Notes: generated from the sequence alone by a model not told the origin. Counted from the first letter of the stretch, positions 48,831 to 62,650 are shown. The stretch is DNA of 64,000 nucleotides from Dicyema japonicum (GCA_011109175.1 RDEW01000042.1:68504-132503), one strand, 5' to 3'. Made by a program: numbers and translations.

Positions 48831-50214
48831 GTATTCCTTTAATAAATATATTTTACTCCCAACTTTATCAACATGTAGGTGACTGAAGTTATCCATGGTC
48901 TGCCTGTCATAGCATTCACAGATATCTTATGATTTCCTCATTGTATGTAGTCAGTCTCCTATGGGAAGAGAGTGAGACAACGAGTATGTGAGTCAGTCTC
49001 CTATGGGAAGAGAGTCAGTCCTAATGACCCTTGGGGCAACGATTCTAATTCTTCTATCTAAGTGGTGTATTTTTTGCCAATAACGAGTCATATGTCACTG
49101 TTAATATCGAAGTTTTTAGTTTTTGGTAATTGTCGATTTTATGGCTGAATGTAGATTTTCTACGCGTTCTTAGAAGGTCTGAATTGGTTCTACACATGTG
49201 CCTTTGGTTAGTGAATCTGAGTAGTTGAAAAGTAAGGGTGATTAGCTCTGAGTGATTGTTAGTTATACTATACTTTCCACATTTATAAGTGATTGTCGAT
49301 GACTGGATCTTTTTTAATATATTTAGTTAAGTAACCCCTGCCTCACTAACTTCAAGGAGACCAGGGTGTATTAAGTATGACTTAGCAAAAGCAATCACTC
49401 TCATAGATCGGACTACATTGCATAGACTAATACCGTCTAATTCAAGACATTCAAACTGATAATTAACTGTCAACTCGAAGATGTTGCAAAAGGAACAGAG
49501 GACATCTTTTACATCATTTAGTTTACGTAAGTCGGTAGAGAGGGTTACCCAAATGTCCCTCCTAAGAGAGGTTTAGTTAAGAGAAAATTTTGTCAAAGAA
49601 TAAGTAAGGCTAAGGTTGAATTATTTTCGTTTTATTGTGGAGAGGGTTAATGAGGACTCCAAGTGAGATGTGATATTCAGTTTGAAATCATCAGATATAC
49701 GTTTTATGTAATTCTGAACAATACCTCATCCTATTTCAAAATTCATATATTTGGATGATGAGGGTTCGTTATTGTGGGAATATTTCTGAGTTGAAAATTG
49801 AAGTGTTACTGATCCCCGAGGAACTCCGTTAGAAGGTAGCAAAACGAGACATTTGAGAGTATAAACAAGTTTTACCTAGACTGTAAAATTATATCCGAAA
49901 AGAATAAATAGAAAAGGACTAAATTTTGTTGGAATAGACCACATGGTCGAATACTTTATTTCGGAAGAGGATAGCCGGAACAGTTTAGATGGAAGAGGAT
50001 ATACTGAAACCATCAACTTTATATTGTGTCATGTGGATATGTAAAGGATAAAAGTAATGCTGACCTTTAAGTAAAGTTTAAAGATATTTTCAAAAATAAG
50101 GATAAGAAAGATATTTTTGAGATCAAATTGAAGCTAAGGACTATGAGAGCAGATCTCTATTTAATATAAATTTGCATTTTTTATATATTTTTTTTTTAAA
50201 TCAAAAATTTATTA

Positions 50215-51030
50215 ACAATAAAATATTATTTATTAACTATGGGGGAGAGCGGCTGCTGACATCACGGAGTAAGCGTTTCCGCGAATAACAGCGATACCAA
50301 TTCTTTGCCTCAGCCAGACCGCTTCCCGCACGTCTTTCTTGCGGTGGGCCAATTTTCCCCCGATTTCCTTTAGGAAAGAGGCTGTAATACTTCCAGCCGC
50401 ACCAGACGTCTCGATTGCTATCGGTACAAAACGGTAGCGGTCTCCAATTTCGCCATATTTTTTTAATCTTGATTTTCTCGGCCAGATCGGCTGCCGATCC
50501 AGCAGACTGCGCCGAGCTGAGCATCATCGAGTTCGAGAAAGTATCCACAACAGTGCAGTCCCATACGAGCGATTTTTCCCTCAGTGAACGGAAAGATAGT
50601 TAACCCATCCGGTCTTTTCCCATCTCCGCGGTACAATCCCACAGGCTCCAGTACTGCCGGAAAGTTTGCCGCTTCAAGAGCTCGCATGACAATGTTGTTC
50701 ATAGCAGCATGGCGGAGTGCTCTACCCGCACTCCTTTTGCACGAGAGCGGGTGCAGCCCTTTTGACATCAACGATCCCTCCACAGCGACATTGGTGTTCG
50801 ACGCAAACATCAGCTCCCAGGCGTTGTGCGATTCCAATCCGAATACAGTCATCGTCCAATAAGGTCCCCAGGGAGGAAGACGGGAGTGGTTGGCGGCGGA
50901 CACGAGGCATGCAAGATGATGCTGGTTGGCCTCAGACTTTAGCACGTCGAAGATATTCTTGGAGTAAATATCATCCCAGTCACGTTGCCTCGAAGGATCG
51001 TTCGCATATCCAAACCAGTTTCACACCATT
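50215..51030 (-). mobile_element. CRE-like non-LTR element 3' part (zinc knuckle plus restriction-like endonuclease)
   Basis: GLHPLSCKRSAGRALRHAAMN...LEPVGLYRGDGKRPDG...WDCTVVDT...FVPIAIETSG...QRIGIA..RGNA, one frameshift, A/T-rich tail. Confidence 0.88.
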
Positions 51031-51599
51031 CGCAACAATTTTTATATTAATATTAGATTGAAACAAATTCGTGACCACGAGGCAGCTCACTTAATTAGAA
51101 AAATGAAAATTTTACTTTATAAAATAGTATTTAATGGTAGTTTTTGGATCAAATGGATGTATGGAGTCGATCTTTATGAAATTATTTTCGGATGACATAT
51201 ATTCATGAACATTTATTGTAAGTTTAATGACATTAGAACTTATGAATTTATTTATTTTTCATTAATTTCATATTTATTTACATCTATTATTTTATTAAAA
51301 GTTTATAAATTCTAAAGAAGATCTCATTGAGAGCATTTCCTTCTTACGATTTTAACATTAACATTTGAAGTGCTATTGGATCAGTTAGTTGTTCTCGGAT
51401 TTTAATGGAATGCTGGGGATTACAAGGTTCACCAAATTTCCACATATAAGGCTTCTCTTAGGAATTTAGATCAACAAGTTTTTGATAAGTATGTAGTCTA
51501 AGAGCAAAAGCGTTTGTCAGCTATTCATTTTCACTCAATCGTCACTATTATTTTGAATCTTTCTCGTTATATCCTGCAACATGATAGCTTCATCAGCCA

Positions 51600-52010
51600 C
51601 CTTTATTTTATTCGTTAACCCAAGGCTTACAATCTGGGTAATCCCAGCGAAACCAATAACAACTAATTAATCTAAACAAAGATCCCAAAGGAGAACGTCT
51701 GCTTGTGATAACAAAATCCATACTCCAATAGTCTATTACAGGCTTCCGTTTCCGAAGAGAAGTGGAGAAGTAGGTACGCCTTCAATTTTCATCACACGTC
51801 CTACCGTTGCCGACATCACTACATTTTCGCGGAAGAGTTTTCATAATGGTAATCTTCACCAGTGGAGTTGGTCAGGAAGATGGTATGTTATGCTTTAGTG
51901 TTCTATTAAAGAGAACTCATGATATTAACACATTCATTACCAGTGATTTAAAAAATCCCCATATTTTAGTTCGTCCTTTAAAATCTGCCGCAATTCTCAG
52001 AAACCGAAAA
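51600..52010 (-). repeat. Dispersed LINE-3'-end-like family; other copies at 14210-14480(+), 40960-41130, 43140-43270, 52700-52930 and 55290-55570
   Basis: Shared TTCATCACACGTCCTACC...ACATCAC...ATAATG..AATCTTCAC..GTGGA block. Clade uncertain (CR1/L2-like). Confidence 0.65.
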
Positions 52011-52129
52011 CACTTTATTCAAACAGAAATTAGGAATTAGTTCAAGGGAAATTTAAACGCGGCCTAGACACTTCCGATGCACCCCATCTCCATTATTAAT
52101 CTCGTCCTTGCGTCGGATCTCATGAATCC

Positions 52130-52480
52130 TCTGAACGCCAAAGCTAGTAAGCCCATCTCCAGTTAGTTCTCCCTTAGTAGGTTTCTTCCCCAGTATGTCC
52201 TTCCACAATAGTCTCAAGCCGCCTTGTAGAGACCAATGACGTGGTTAGAACCCAATTCGAATGTAGGGAACAATTGATGTAATATGTTTTTTCACCTTGA
52301 TGAGAATCCCTCCTTCGTTCTTGTGAATATGTCCATTCGACTTGTGATATGTTTCTCCACCTTGTATTAGTTAACATCGTTTGTCACTTCGCCTTGAGGA
52401 GATTCCCTCGTAGTGCAATTGGTTCCTTCGTCTTGTAATATGGCCCCTTGTATGTGCATCTTCGCATGAAAGTAGCACCA
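52130..52480 (-). repeat. Retroelement C-terminal fragment homologous to 14820-15190
   Basis: Shared YKSN..V.QERR...HSN.....TSL translation and DNA similarity. Confidence 0.55.
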
Positions 52481-53794
52481 ATTGCACCATGGAACCGTTG
52501 CAACTCTCAAAGTTCGTTCGGCAACCTTTTATCCCAACAAATATATCCCTACCTTATCATGTTTTAGGATCCAATTTGGAATTCTTATCTTCGATAAGAC
52601 TTATAGTGCGTATTTCTATTTAAAACAGAAATATATACACAAAAATCTATGTTTTATACTTCCAGAAGGAAAGATGATCCGTCGCGGACATCACTTTAAA
52701 CTTCAGCAGAAGACTATTCATAGTGGATAATCTTCACAAGAGGATTTTTTAAGGGAGATTGTAGGAAGATCCCTTTCAACTACTGATCACGCCAGAAAAA
52801 ATTGTCGCCTCACGGGTGGGATCTGCTTGACTAGAATTGACCTTCGCAGAAAACTCCATCTATCGATTTCGATCACAAGACCTTCAGATCTGATGTCATC
52901 AGACTTTGCGTTCAGCCAGAAGGTACAGAACAACCCCATCCCAATAAAACCCCGGCTTCACATAGTATTGTTCTTGCTTGTCCAAAATTATAGAAGTTTT
53001 TGGTTATTTTTTGGACTCCGTTCTAGCATATGGAAAACTTATAGAAATGAGATCAGAACTTAAAAGATTTCAGTCCAAGATTACGTAGTTAAAAAAGTGA
53101 AAAATAATGTCCTCAGCTAAATAAATAATCAAAGACAGACGAGGATTGACAAATGTCGACGAGGATGAACATTAATCAACTGATGAACCTTGGAGTGTAG
53201 GAGATCGAATGATACCAGCAACGGGAGTCGTCTGAATGCTTGATTAAATGATACCAAGGTTTTCTATATTACAGTATATATTCTTGTGAGTAAAATATAT
53301 TTGTGCCAAGAGAATACTAGTCACTCTACAAAAAAGAGAATACTAGTTATGGGTCAATAAAATTTTGCTATCTGTAAAAAAGAATTTATTAAAAATCGAA
53401 CCAAGAAAATAAGTCATAATTTAATCACTCTTGACTCCTAATCAATAGAAGTCAGACTTTTTTTAGATAATTAACTACCAAATCATTCTTGTCCATTCTT
53501 CAGCATATGAGTCAGTATTCTCTATAATATTAAACAAACCTCTATAGAGATTGCATAACAGTTATATTGTCAATTACGTGAATATGTTATGTAAGTAATA
53601 CTATAAATACACATTGTTTAGAAATTACATAAATAAACATGTGTCGAGATTAAATGTTAAATCGTATTGGTATTCATAAATATAATAATGGTATTAGTGT
53701 TAAATATTTAGCTAGTTGAGCTAATTAACTTGAACTACAGCATACACAAGAAATCAGTCTTTTTTCAATCGAATATCGTGACATCAAAGCATAT

Positions 53795-54500
53795 ATTTGT
53801 AAATTTATATTTTACTTTAAACAACCAATTTTAATGCATGCCTTATTATATTGACGACAGCCTTCAATCAACAACATGAAATACTGTTGTATTAAAAGGC
53901 AACATTATTACGGTATAAAGCCAAAATTACTCTGTAATTTCCATAAATATCGTTACATTAATACATATTTTTGTAATGTTTTATTTTACTTTGTGTCAAT
54001 AATTTAAATCCATACGATTATAAATATGACAGTCTGCTATAAACAATATGAAACACTGTTGCATTAAAAGGCGACATTATTACGGTATAAGAGTCAGAAA
54101 TTACTCTGTAATTTCCCATAAATATCGTTTCATTAATACATATTTTTGTAAATTTATATATTACTTTTAATCAAAAATTTAATGTTTGCTTTATTATATA
54201 TATTACCGCCCACAATAAAAAAGATGAAAAACTGTTTTATTCAAAGGCGACATTATCACGTATTGCAGCCAAAATTACTCTGTAAATTCCCATCAATAAC
54301 GTTTCATTATTTTTGTAAATTTATATTTTACTTTAAATCACAATTTTAATGTTTGCTTTATTATATTGATAACAGCCCTCAATCAACAACATGAAAAACT
54401 GTTGCATTAAAAGGCGACATTATTACGGTATTAGAGCCAGTAATTACTCTGTAATTTCCCAACAAATATCGTTTCATTAATACATATTTTTGTAAATTTA
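53795..54500. repeat. About 170-bp tandem satellite, about 4 units
   Basis: Marker AAAGGC(G/A)ACATTAT starts at 53895, 54067, 54243 and 54410. Confidence 0.9.
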
Positions 54501-56289
54501 TTTTTTATATTGAATTTTCCATTTATTACCTCGTTTTGGTATAATTATCTTCTTATTTAAATCCAATATATTTATATTCTTATCCGTCTGTTGCCTCTAT
54601 CAAATTAATTATGGAAAATACGTAGGAACTGTAAACTGCTGTTGTAGGTAACTTACGTCACAATATATTTATATTCTCTAAAATATTGATTAGTCCACGT
54701 TTTACTTCTTTGTTATTCTAATTTCAGTAATTTTAATAAAATAAATTGATTATTATAATTGAATTGTAAATACTATAATTGATAAAAGTTGATATTGTCT
54801 AAACCAATTTTCATAAATAGTACATAAGGCAGCTGGTTATGGATATAAATGTCTCAGCTAGAAGTAACTATAAAAACCTATGGAAAGTTTGTCTTTTTAA
54901 CCTTTAGTTGATCTTCATGGGCAGTCAATCATAACAGGAATACGTAACAACAAAATGTCTGAGATTTCCTCAAAATTAAAGATGCTCTAGGATAAGAGAA
55001 TTTAATACTATATTTTGCGATAATAATAAAAAATCAAATTGTTTTAATTCACATTAATTGGAATCAGAAAATTATTGTTTAAAATTAAAATTTTTCATAC
55101 ACGTGCTCAATATGATGCTAATTTAGAACTATTTATTTAAAGAATTTGTAATTTTCTTGGTATTAAATAAATTATTTTATTCTAAAAAAATTAAATAAAT
55201 AACTAAATTACTTTGGTTTAAAAATAATCTCATTAAAAATGTATTACTAGACAAAAAACTATCCACTTTGTCCATTAAAGGCTTACGCTTCAGAAGAGAG
55301 GCGAAAAAAATTAAGTTCGCACTCTTCCATTTTCATCACACGTCCTACCATCCCGGAGATTACTTCATTCTAAGCCGGAAAAGTTTTGATAATGATAATC
55401 TCCACAAGTGGATTTGGCCTAGGAAATGATAGGAAGATCCATTTCAACAACTGTGTCGTTCCAGAAGAACTTGTAGCCTCACGGGTGGGATCTGTTTTTG
55501 TGAGAATTGACCTTAGCTGAAAAGTCCGTTATTTGGATTCAAACAACGACTGTCAGATCCAAATCATCACGTTCATTTAAGAAGGTATTTTATCGTATAG
55601 TTGAACACTAAAAGCTTACATGTTTGAGTAAACTATCTTGAATTTGTCTTGCATTTATAATAATGTCTATTAAATAATTTCTAAACACAATAAAATATTT
55701 TAATATTGTGCCACTCGTTGTCTTTTACACCTAACTTATCGATTATCAGTCGATAATTGGTGTATGGAAGTCAATAGTGTCGGACGTCCAGGTACACTCA
55801 GAAGCTATGACGTCCCCGAAACCCATAATCTGCTTCAGTTGATTTCCTTGGATATCTTTAGAAAGAACTCAGCGTAACTAAATATTAATCGACCTAACGA
55901 ATTACGTTATTACTAAAAAAGAATAATATTAATAGTCGAATACGCCAATCTGTAATGGATAATAACGTGTTCTTTTATATTTTATTAAGTAAATGAAAGA
56001 GAAGATCTCAACAATACCGCCAATTACACAAATTGATATTATATATTTGTTTTTTTAATTTAAATTAATATTACCGGTTGCATGATAGTAAATTGTATTT
56101 CGATGTTATTTTTTAGATGACCATAGAGAATTGGTCTAAGAAGGTCTCCTTAGTAGACTCCGAAAAGCAATAGTATTTAATATGAGTAGACTGGAGTTCA
56201 TAGGACTGGCTTACCATTCCGAAAATATTGGTCTATGCACTCCTCCAGAATGTTATCCTTTTTTGTGCAGTTGATGTTTTCTATAAGTT

Positions 56290-56430
56290 CCACTTTGCTT
56301 TGGTAGAGCTTTGTAAGTACCACTTTGCTTTTGGTAAGACCCATTTTGCTTTTGGTAAGTACCACTTTGCTTTTGGTAAGACCCACTTTGCTTTTGGTAA
56401 GTTCCACTTGCTTTTGGTAAGACCCACTTT
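56290..56430. repeat. 21-bp minisatellite, about 6.5 units
   Basis: CCACTTTGCTTTTGGTAAG(TA/AC) units start at 56320, 56341, 56362, 56383 and 56404. Confidence 0.92.
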
Positions 56431-56849
56431 AAACCTGAAATGGTATAGATTTTAACTTGAGAAAATGTCATCTAGAATATTGCAAGTCTACCTTTTTAAA
56501 AAGTACATTTTATTACATCTGTTGTCGATTTAAAGCTTATTTTTCGAAAAACCATTATGATTACTTTTAGAACGACGTAATTACCTTAAAATTATCCACT
56601 TTCATTCAAAAATGAAAGTTATTCACTTTCATTCGAATTTAAAATTATTCACTTCATTCGAATTTGCCTATTTAATTTGTTCAAATTAATTGAGGTCAAT
56701 GAATTTCATATTTTTAATAAATCAGGTATTTTCGTTGCAATCATAAATGCTACGAATTTTACATCACATTGAATGATTTCGAGAATCTACGTGATTTGAT
56801 GATTTTTAGGTTAAACAGTTCTATTATTTGACTATGAGGAAAAGCCTTA

Positions 56850-57400
56850 TATGGTGGACTATATTAAAAAGTATTGGAATGAGCTATTTGGGAGGAAGTG
56901 CTACAAAATAGCTTTTACGTGTTACAAAAATGGTAATAGTACGTCAAGGAGTAGAAAACTGATAAGGTTCCCAAATAGCGACTTGAGTCCATGGCCACTT
57001 ATTCTCTGTCTTTGAATCTAAACACGTCGCTGATCTGTTTCATGATGGGAAATTCAAAGACGCTTTTAAGTATGAGGAAGAAGTTCTTGGATTGAGTAGG
57101 GGAATTTAGCGTTTTTTAAACACATATGTTTATCGAAGATCACTCTCAGGATTCTTCAACATTTCTTAAATGTTTCCCAGAAATAAGTCAATTTAACAAC
57201 TACTGAAAATTTCTACTGGAAGTATGCACTCTCCAAGTTGTTGTTAGACAAAATCACTTCGCTACAATAAAAAACTCTAAACATTTTAAGCTGTGGAATG
57301 TATCCTACCGTCATCATTTCAATATTGGATTCGTCAATGAAAAAAATAGCGGTGGATTCCTTTAGTTATACAAGAACAAGGGAATTTACTATGTCAAATG
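56850..57400 (-). mobile_element. Tc1/IS630-like transposase relic
   Basis: FIDES, MDS and LPP motifs occur in the expected order on the minus strand, heavily decayed. Confidence 0.45.
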
Positions 57401-58578
57401 GCTATCCTTATTCGAATAAACAAGAAAGTTGACAACTAAAAATTTTTATAGTCAAGGCTGACCACTATCAAAATTGAAAGCGCCTTCCCTGACGATTCGT
57501 AAGGATACGTCACTTATCACGTCTGTTATGGATTTTTCATTCACCAGAGTTAGTGTTTGTTTGTGATCACTGCAGAAACACTAGATTACAGACATATTTG
57601 AAACTGCAACAATGCATGTGATTGTCATTTTGAGATTGTCGATTTTGCGCTTTCATAAGATCTGCACGGTGTTCTCTTATTGTAAGAATATTGTTGGGGA
57701 TGATTCTTCAGATTTCCCAATATAAGGCACTTTTTAATGCCGCCCACTTAATTTTCATCCTAACCATATATTTTTGCATTTAAATTAAAAAGTTTTTGAT
57801 TATGTAGTCATTTAGATAAAGCGTTGTATACTTGTTTATGTTTATATCATTTCGGCGAGGATGATCATTATATTAATTAACGGATGAACTGGGAATCACC
57901 TGAAAGTTAAATTTCGTGATGTCAAGGCTTTCTATATTACAGTATTTATTCTTGTAAGTAAAATATATTCGAGTTTGTTTTGCAACCCTCAATCAAGAGA
58001 ATACTCTTGAGATTTTAATGTTAAATCGTATTGGAATTCTATTATAAATATATTAAAGGTATTAGTTTTAAAAATTGAGCTAGTTGTGCTAATTGCCCTG
58101 ATTACGGTATACACCAGAAATTATTAATGGACACAGTTCCTGGTTTAAACAACTGTAATAATTATGCGGTTATATTTTGTAAGAGATATTATAAATACAC
58201 ATTTATACGTTGTTGATCATATTAGGAAACATACTGTTGGAAATATTTATTTTAAGATTATTCTAGAGAAATTATTGGGTTAGTTGTGGTACTTACTCTG
58301 TAATTACTTTACATGACTCAAACAATAAATGGTTGATCTACGTTATTCACGAGGTTTTGACATTCGTTTAAATCAACCTACATTATTATTAACTCTTCCT
58401 CCGAATAGTGATTTTTCCATTATTGAATCTTAGCTTAAGGAGACTCATACTTTATTAAAAGTAAAAACAGTCATGCTAACTAATCTAAGGCATTAATACA
58501 ATTTTTATAATCTGAAACTTTGTGATATACTTCTATGTATGCTTTAATGCATCTCCAAGAAATTAGTATTGATGGTTT

Positions 58579-58748
58579 CAGGGAGGTATCGTAGTGGTGA
58601 GAGTGGAAGTGGAATCGATTCCCATATCACTACCCACCTGGTCGAAGGGTTCCTTTATGATAATTGCCTTCTTCAATTCTTATAAGGTGTCATGTGATCC
58701 ACCAGTTACAGGAGACACATAGCACGTAGCCGTATATCAATATCACTC
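58579..58748 (+). mobile_element. Chimeric SINE G: family 1-like tRNA head plus family 2 core
   Basis: TATCGTAGTGG, ATCGATTCCC and CACCTGGTCGAAGG, then GGTGTCATGTGATCCACC...GGAGACAC. Confidence 0.6.
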
Positions 58749-61700
58749 AAATATTAAACATTGCTTTTCTTTATATTGTTTAACATCATCGTTAAACTAT
58801 CTGGATCATCTTACAGAAACTACAGAGTGATTTCCATGATAGAATTTCATCTCTTATCGTAGTAATGCTGCCCTTGGGGCAAGTGGAGGAAGATGTCTTG
58901 CAAGTTTCTTGTGTTGCACATGCTTTGGCCAACTCACCCTGTCAAGGTGAGTTGACAAACTTAAATAACGCGATGTTGCAGTTTACTATATCAATAGAGA
59001 TCGTCAATGATGATCTACTGGTTTTCACGGACTGTGGAATATGTTATGGAATATCGCATGCAGCAACGTCGCAGACATCACTTCATCTTAGCTGAATAGT
59101 TTCATAATGGCAATCCTACCGATGATTAGTTGTTTAAAAAATATTATAATTTATTATCTTTTCTATTATACAATTTAGTTAATTTGTTAATGAAATATTA
59201 TTGTTAAAACATAAGTTAACACTGTGAAAAGTCTTGCTATCAATTTTTACATATGACAAATGCGCTTATGGATAAAATAAAGAATTTATGTCTTAAACCA
59301 AAAGGCATCAACATCAAACTAAGATACTATTCTCCAATTAGTGTGTCAAACATACTCTTTTGTACAACGCTGGTGGGACTTGCGGTACCTAAAAAGAACA
59401 AGCTCGGTGGCTCGACTCTGCAGGAATCGCCTGAGAAAAATAAAAAGGATGGACTGGCAGGCGAGAATCTCACTATAAGAACTAGGATATAAGCCAATAA
59501 GCTTGAGATAATGTTGACTCGTTTGAGTTGGAATCCTCATAAAACAAAGTATTGATTACTATGTTTCCCAAGAATTCATTTTCGTGAGCCGATGATAACT
59601 TTGCTGGTCGTCCAACAAAAGACTTGAAAAACTAATCATTGAGAGCTCAGGCAACAATATAGGTTTGCGGGAGAAGTATACAATTGCAGTAATAATTGAA
59701 CAAACCATAATAGAGACACTATTATTTTACTAAATTGGGAATCGGTTTCTATGAGATATTATTTGCATGACTTTACTATCAATTAGAATAGATTATTGAC
59801 ACGTGTTTCTCAATATCAGAGTCTTCTCTTCCGGGGATATCTGGAAACCTGGCTCGTCTACGATGTACAGACCTCTCTACCGACGTACGTAAATTTGATG
59901 ATGTCAATGATGTCGTGTTCCCTTTGCAATCAGTTATTCGTCTACCATGCAAAATTTCAACCATCTATGGAACAATCCGCTTATCGATCAATTAGAATTC
60001 GAGTTCTAATTTATTTGCCTTTATATTAAGGCATCTTTTAGGAAACCACCTAGCAGATTGATTATCATAAAATACCCTTAGTCAACCATCTCCATCCATT
60101 CTATCAACTTCTCTAAGAGCTTCTGAAACTTTGGCTTATATTCAGCTTAAAGGACGATAATTTCATTGAATTTTTCAAAATAGTGTCTTTCTTGGGTGAA
60201 AGATTATTGTTTTTCTGAATATCGTCCATCGCAACAATTGTGAGAACATTTAACCAAGTATTGGCACTACTGACTCATAAAATACGAATCGGGCTTCCTC
60301 CATCTGACCAATTATCATTGATTATACAAGAAGCTTTATACTGCCCGGGACCTCCAGTGAACATCAGATACCTTCAGAAGCGTTCAGCACTAGCTACTGG
60401 ACGCCTGAGGACACCCGTTTTCCTAGCTGGTACAGAGATCATGGTTAATAGCTAACTAACTCAATTTTCTTACGAAAATTTATTCAACGTGGGCAATTTG
60501 TGAGATTTACTGTATTATTATTCTATGTTTGACAAGGTTTAAACCCGGATCCCACGTGCAGACGACACTCCCCTTTGTTGAGAACTTCTGAGTCCGTCAC
60601 CTCCTAAATGATCACAAGACAAAAGCTTTCATCTACCATTGAGATAAGTTACTTCTCGTACAACAGAGGTACATTACCACTTCTTCCTTCTGCCCAACCA
60701 GCACCTAACTACTCAAAGTCTCCACTGACAGCCTTTTACATTTCTTCAATAGGGTTAGTGACCCATAGATACTTGGCATTTCAACGAACTATGCCCATCT
60801 CAACGTAACTGGATTAATTTCCCCAAAATGTGTATTTTCAAGTATAACATTGAAATTAACATCAGTCACCAAAGTTGAAATAATTACCTTTGTTTGACAA
60901 AGTGTCATCACTCCAAGATGGCTGTGACCTCTCGTTCTCTTTTTCCCATGTGGATGGATGAGATGATGAACTCTAGAAACATTGGATACAAAAAGTCTCA
61001 GAACTAACAAAACGTAGTATACACCAATGTTTTTTTGTTTGGTCTACATCGCGGAAAATTCGACCAATCGCCTGAAAAGTTCATTCAATCAGAATTCGCT
61101 CGAGAAAATCAAATATGAAAATTCAGTTGTGACTATAAAGGATGTGATTTTATTCTCACAACGATTGTATGTTGCAAATCCGTGACAGCATTTAAAGACG
61201 GAAATTTTGAAGAGATTTTGAATACACGGAGAAAGAAGTTAACGTTACAACTAATTAATTGTATTATTTCCCCAGAAACAGATTCCTTCCAACGTCACAC
61301 AAGTCCATCCAGAACAAGCAAAAAAGTTAAAGACGTCCATTATTAGTATTTGTGGAAACCCATAAAGTAGAGTTGAGAGAGCAAATGATCCTTTTTCGGG
61401 CCACCTGAGAAAGGTTGATCTGATGATACCACTCTAGTAGAAAAGGGGAGAAGAGGAACAGATCAAACATACAGAAATCTTAAATCAAGCAGCCACATAG
61501 CATCGCAATAACGTTTGCTAATGCGGTTTAAAATAATTATTTTCCGTTTAAATTGAATTACAATTTTCAAAAAAGCAATCACATATTCATTAAAATAGTA
61601 TATAAAAATTTGATTATTTATTATTTTTAAACTGATATCGACAAATTTAATCCAGGCGCCAATGTTAGTGTGTCCTTTGTGGCTACTTGAATTGAAGATT

Positions 61701-61995
61701 TTTTTCTGTTCCCTTCTTCCTTTTTGACTCCAAATATATTGAATTGTTAGCTTGCATCATATGATTCACCATCTCTGGTGGTCCCAGATATAATCCTAAA
61801 TTATATCCAACTCATCATTAGTCATAACCATCCAGAGGAGTCCCTCTTGGAAGGCACTTCTCTCAAGTCCGGCACACGAAGACTACTGAAGTCCGGGATC
61901 ACCTAAATTTTTTTCATTTTAGTTATGGTTTTCTGGTTCAATAATTTAATTTGAACATAAATGAGATTTGATTGTTTAATTGAAGTCTTTCAGGA

Positions 61996-62081
61996 CTTCC
62001 CTTATCTGTCTAGGATCACTTAGCTAGTTGAATACTTTTATATCTATCTCTTTGACCCAGTGATCCTGGGGTAATAATAAT
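61996..62081 (+). mobile_element. 86-nt retro-insertion (LINE 3' tip) with 13-bp TSD
   Basis: TSD AAGTCTTTCAGGA at 61983-61995 and 62082-62094; GGATCAC motif and (AAT)n tail. Confidence 0.85.
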
Positions 62082-62399
62082 AAGTCTTTCAGGATGTATA
62101 AGAAATCAACCTCACAACGAAATATAAAAAACGACTTAATCAAGTGTTACAGATATTAAAATTTGTAAAATATTATCTCCTACTAATATTTGAAAGTGGT
62201 TTGTCTATCATGAACATCTACCATGGCTTTGTTACCTCACTAACAAGAAGGTCAGCAGTCTTCAGGCGCTCACCTGCAATTATCGGGTTTTCTCATATAT
62301 ACAGTTTTTAGAAGATCTTAGTCAGAATGGGGGATCCATGAGTCTTAATTAGATTGATTTTTGAAACAGTCGTTGAAAATCCTGGAGAACAGCATAATT

Positions 62400-62650
62400 C
62401 TTTTCTTATGGTAGCTTGTTGAAAGTTATTTGTGGAAGGGGAGTCAAGTAAAATGTTTTGTTTCCGTGAATGAATCCATGAGTGGTAACTTGATCGTGGA
62501 TGGCCTTGAGACGGAATAAGACAAAAGAGTTAAGAGAGTTAGCTGAAGCGGTAATAATCTTAAGTAAATAAGTTGAGTGAGAGAAGTGATGATAGGGGGG
62601 AAGAAGATTATAGTTCATCTAGAAAAGGAAGATTGGAGAGACTCTAGATT
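62400..62650 (-). mobile_element. LINE APE relic
   Basis: LLPPYHHFS...LKAIH...HGFIHGN resembles the YLPP...GDFNAHH region. Confidence 0.45.

Noticed and set aside
48950-49017. About 24-bp direct repeat AGTCAGTCTCCTATGGGAAGAGAGT
   Set aside because: Local duplication with a short spacer; no further structure or copies seen.
56290-56430. Regular short repeats as a CRISPR-like array
   Set aside because: Units are contiguous with no unique spacers, no cas genes, and the context is eukaryotic.
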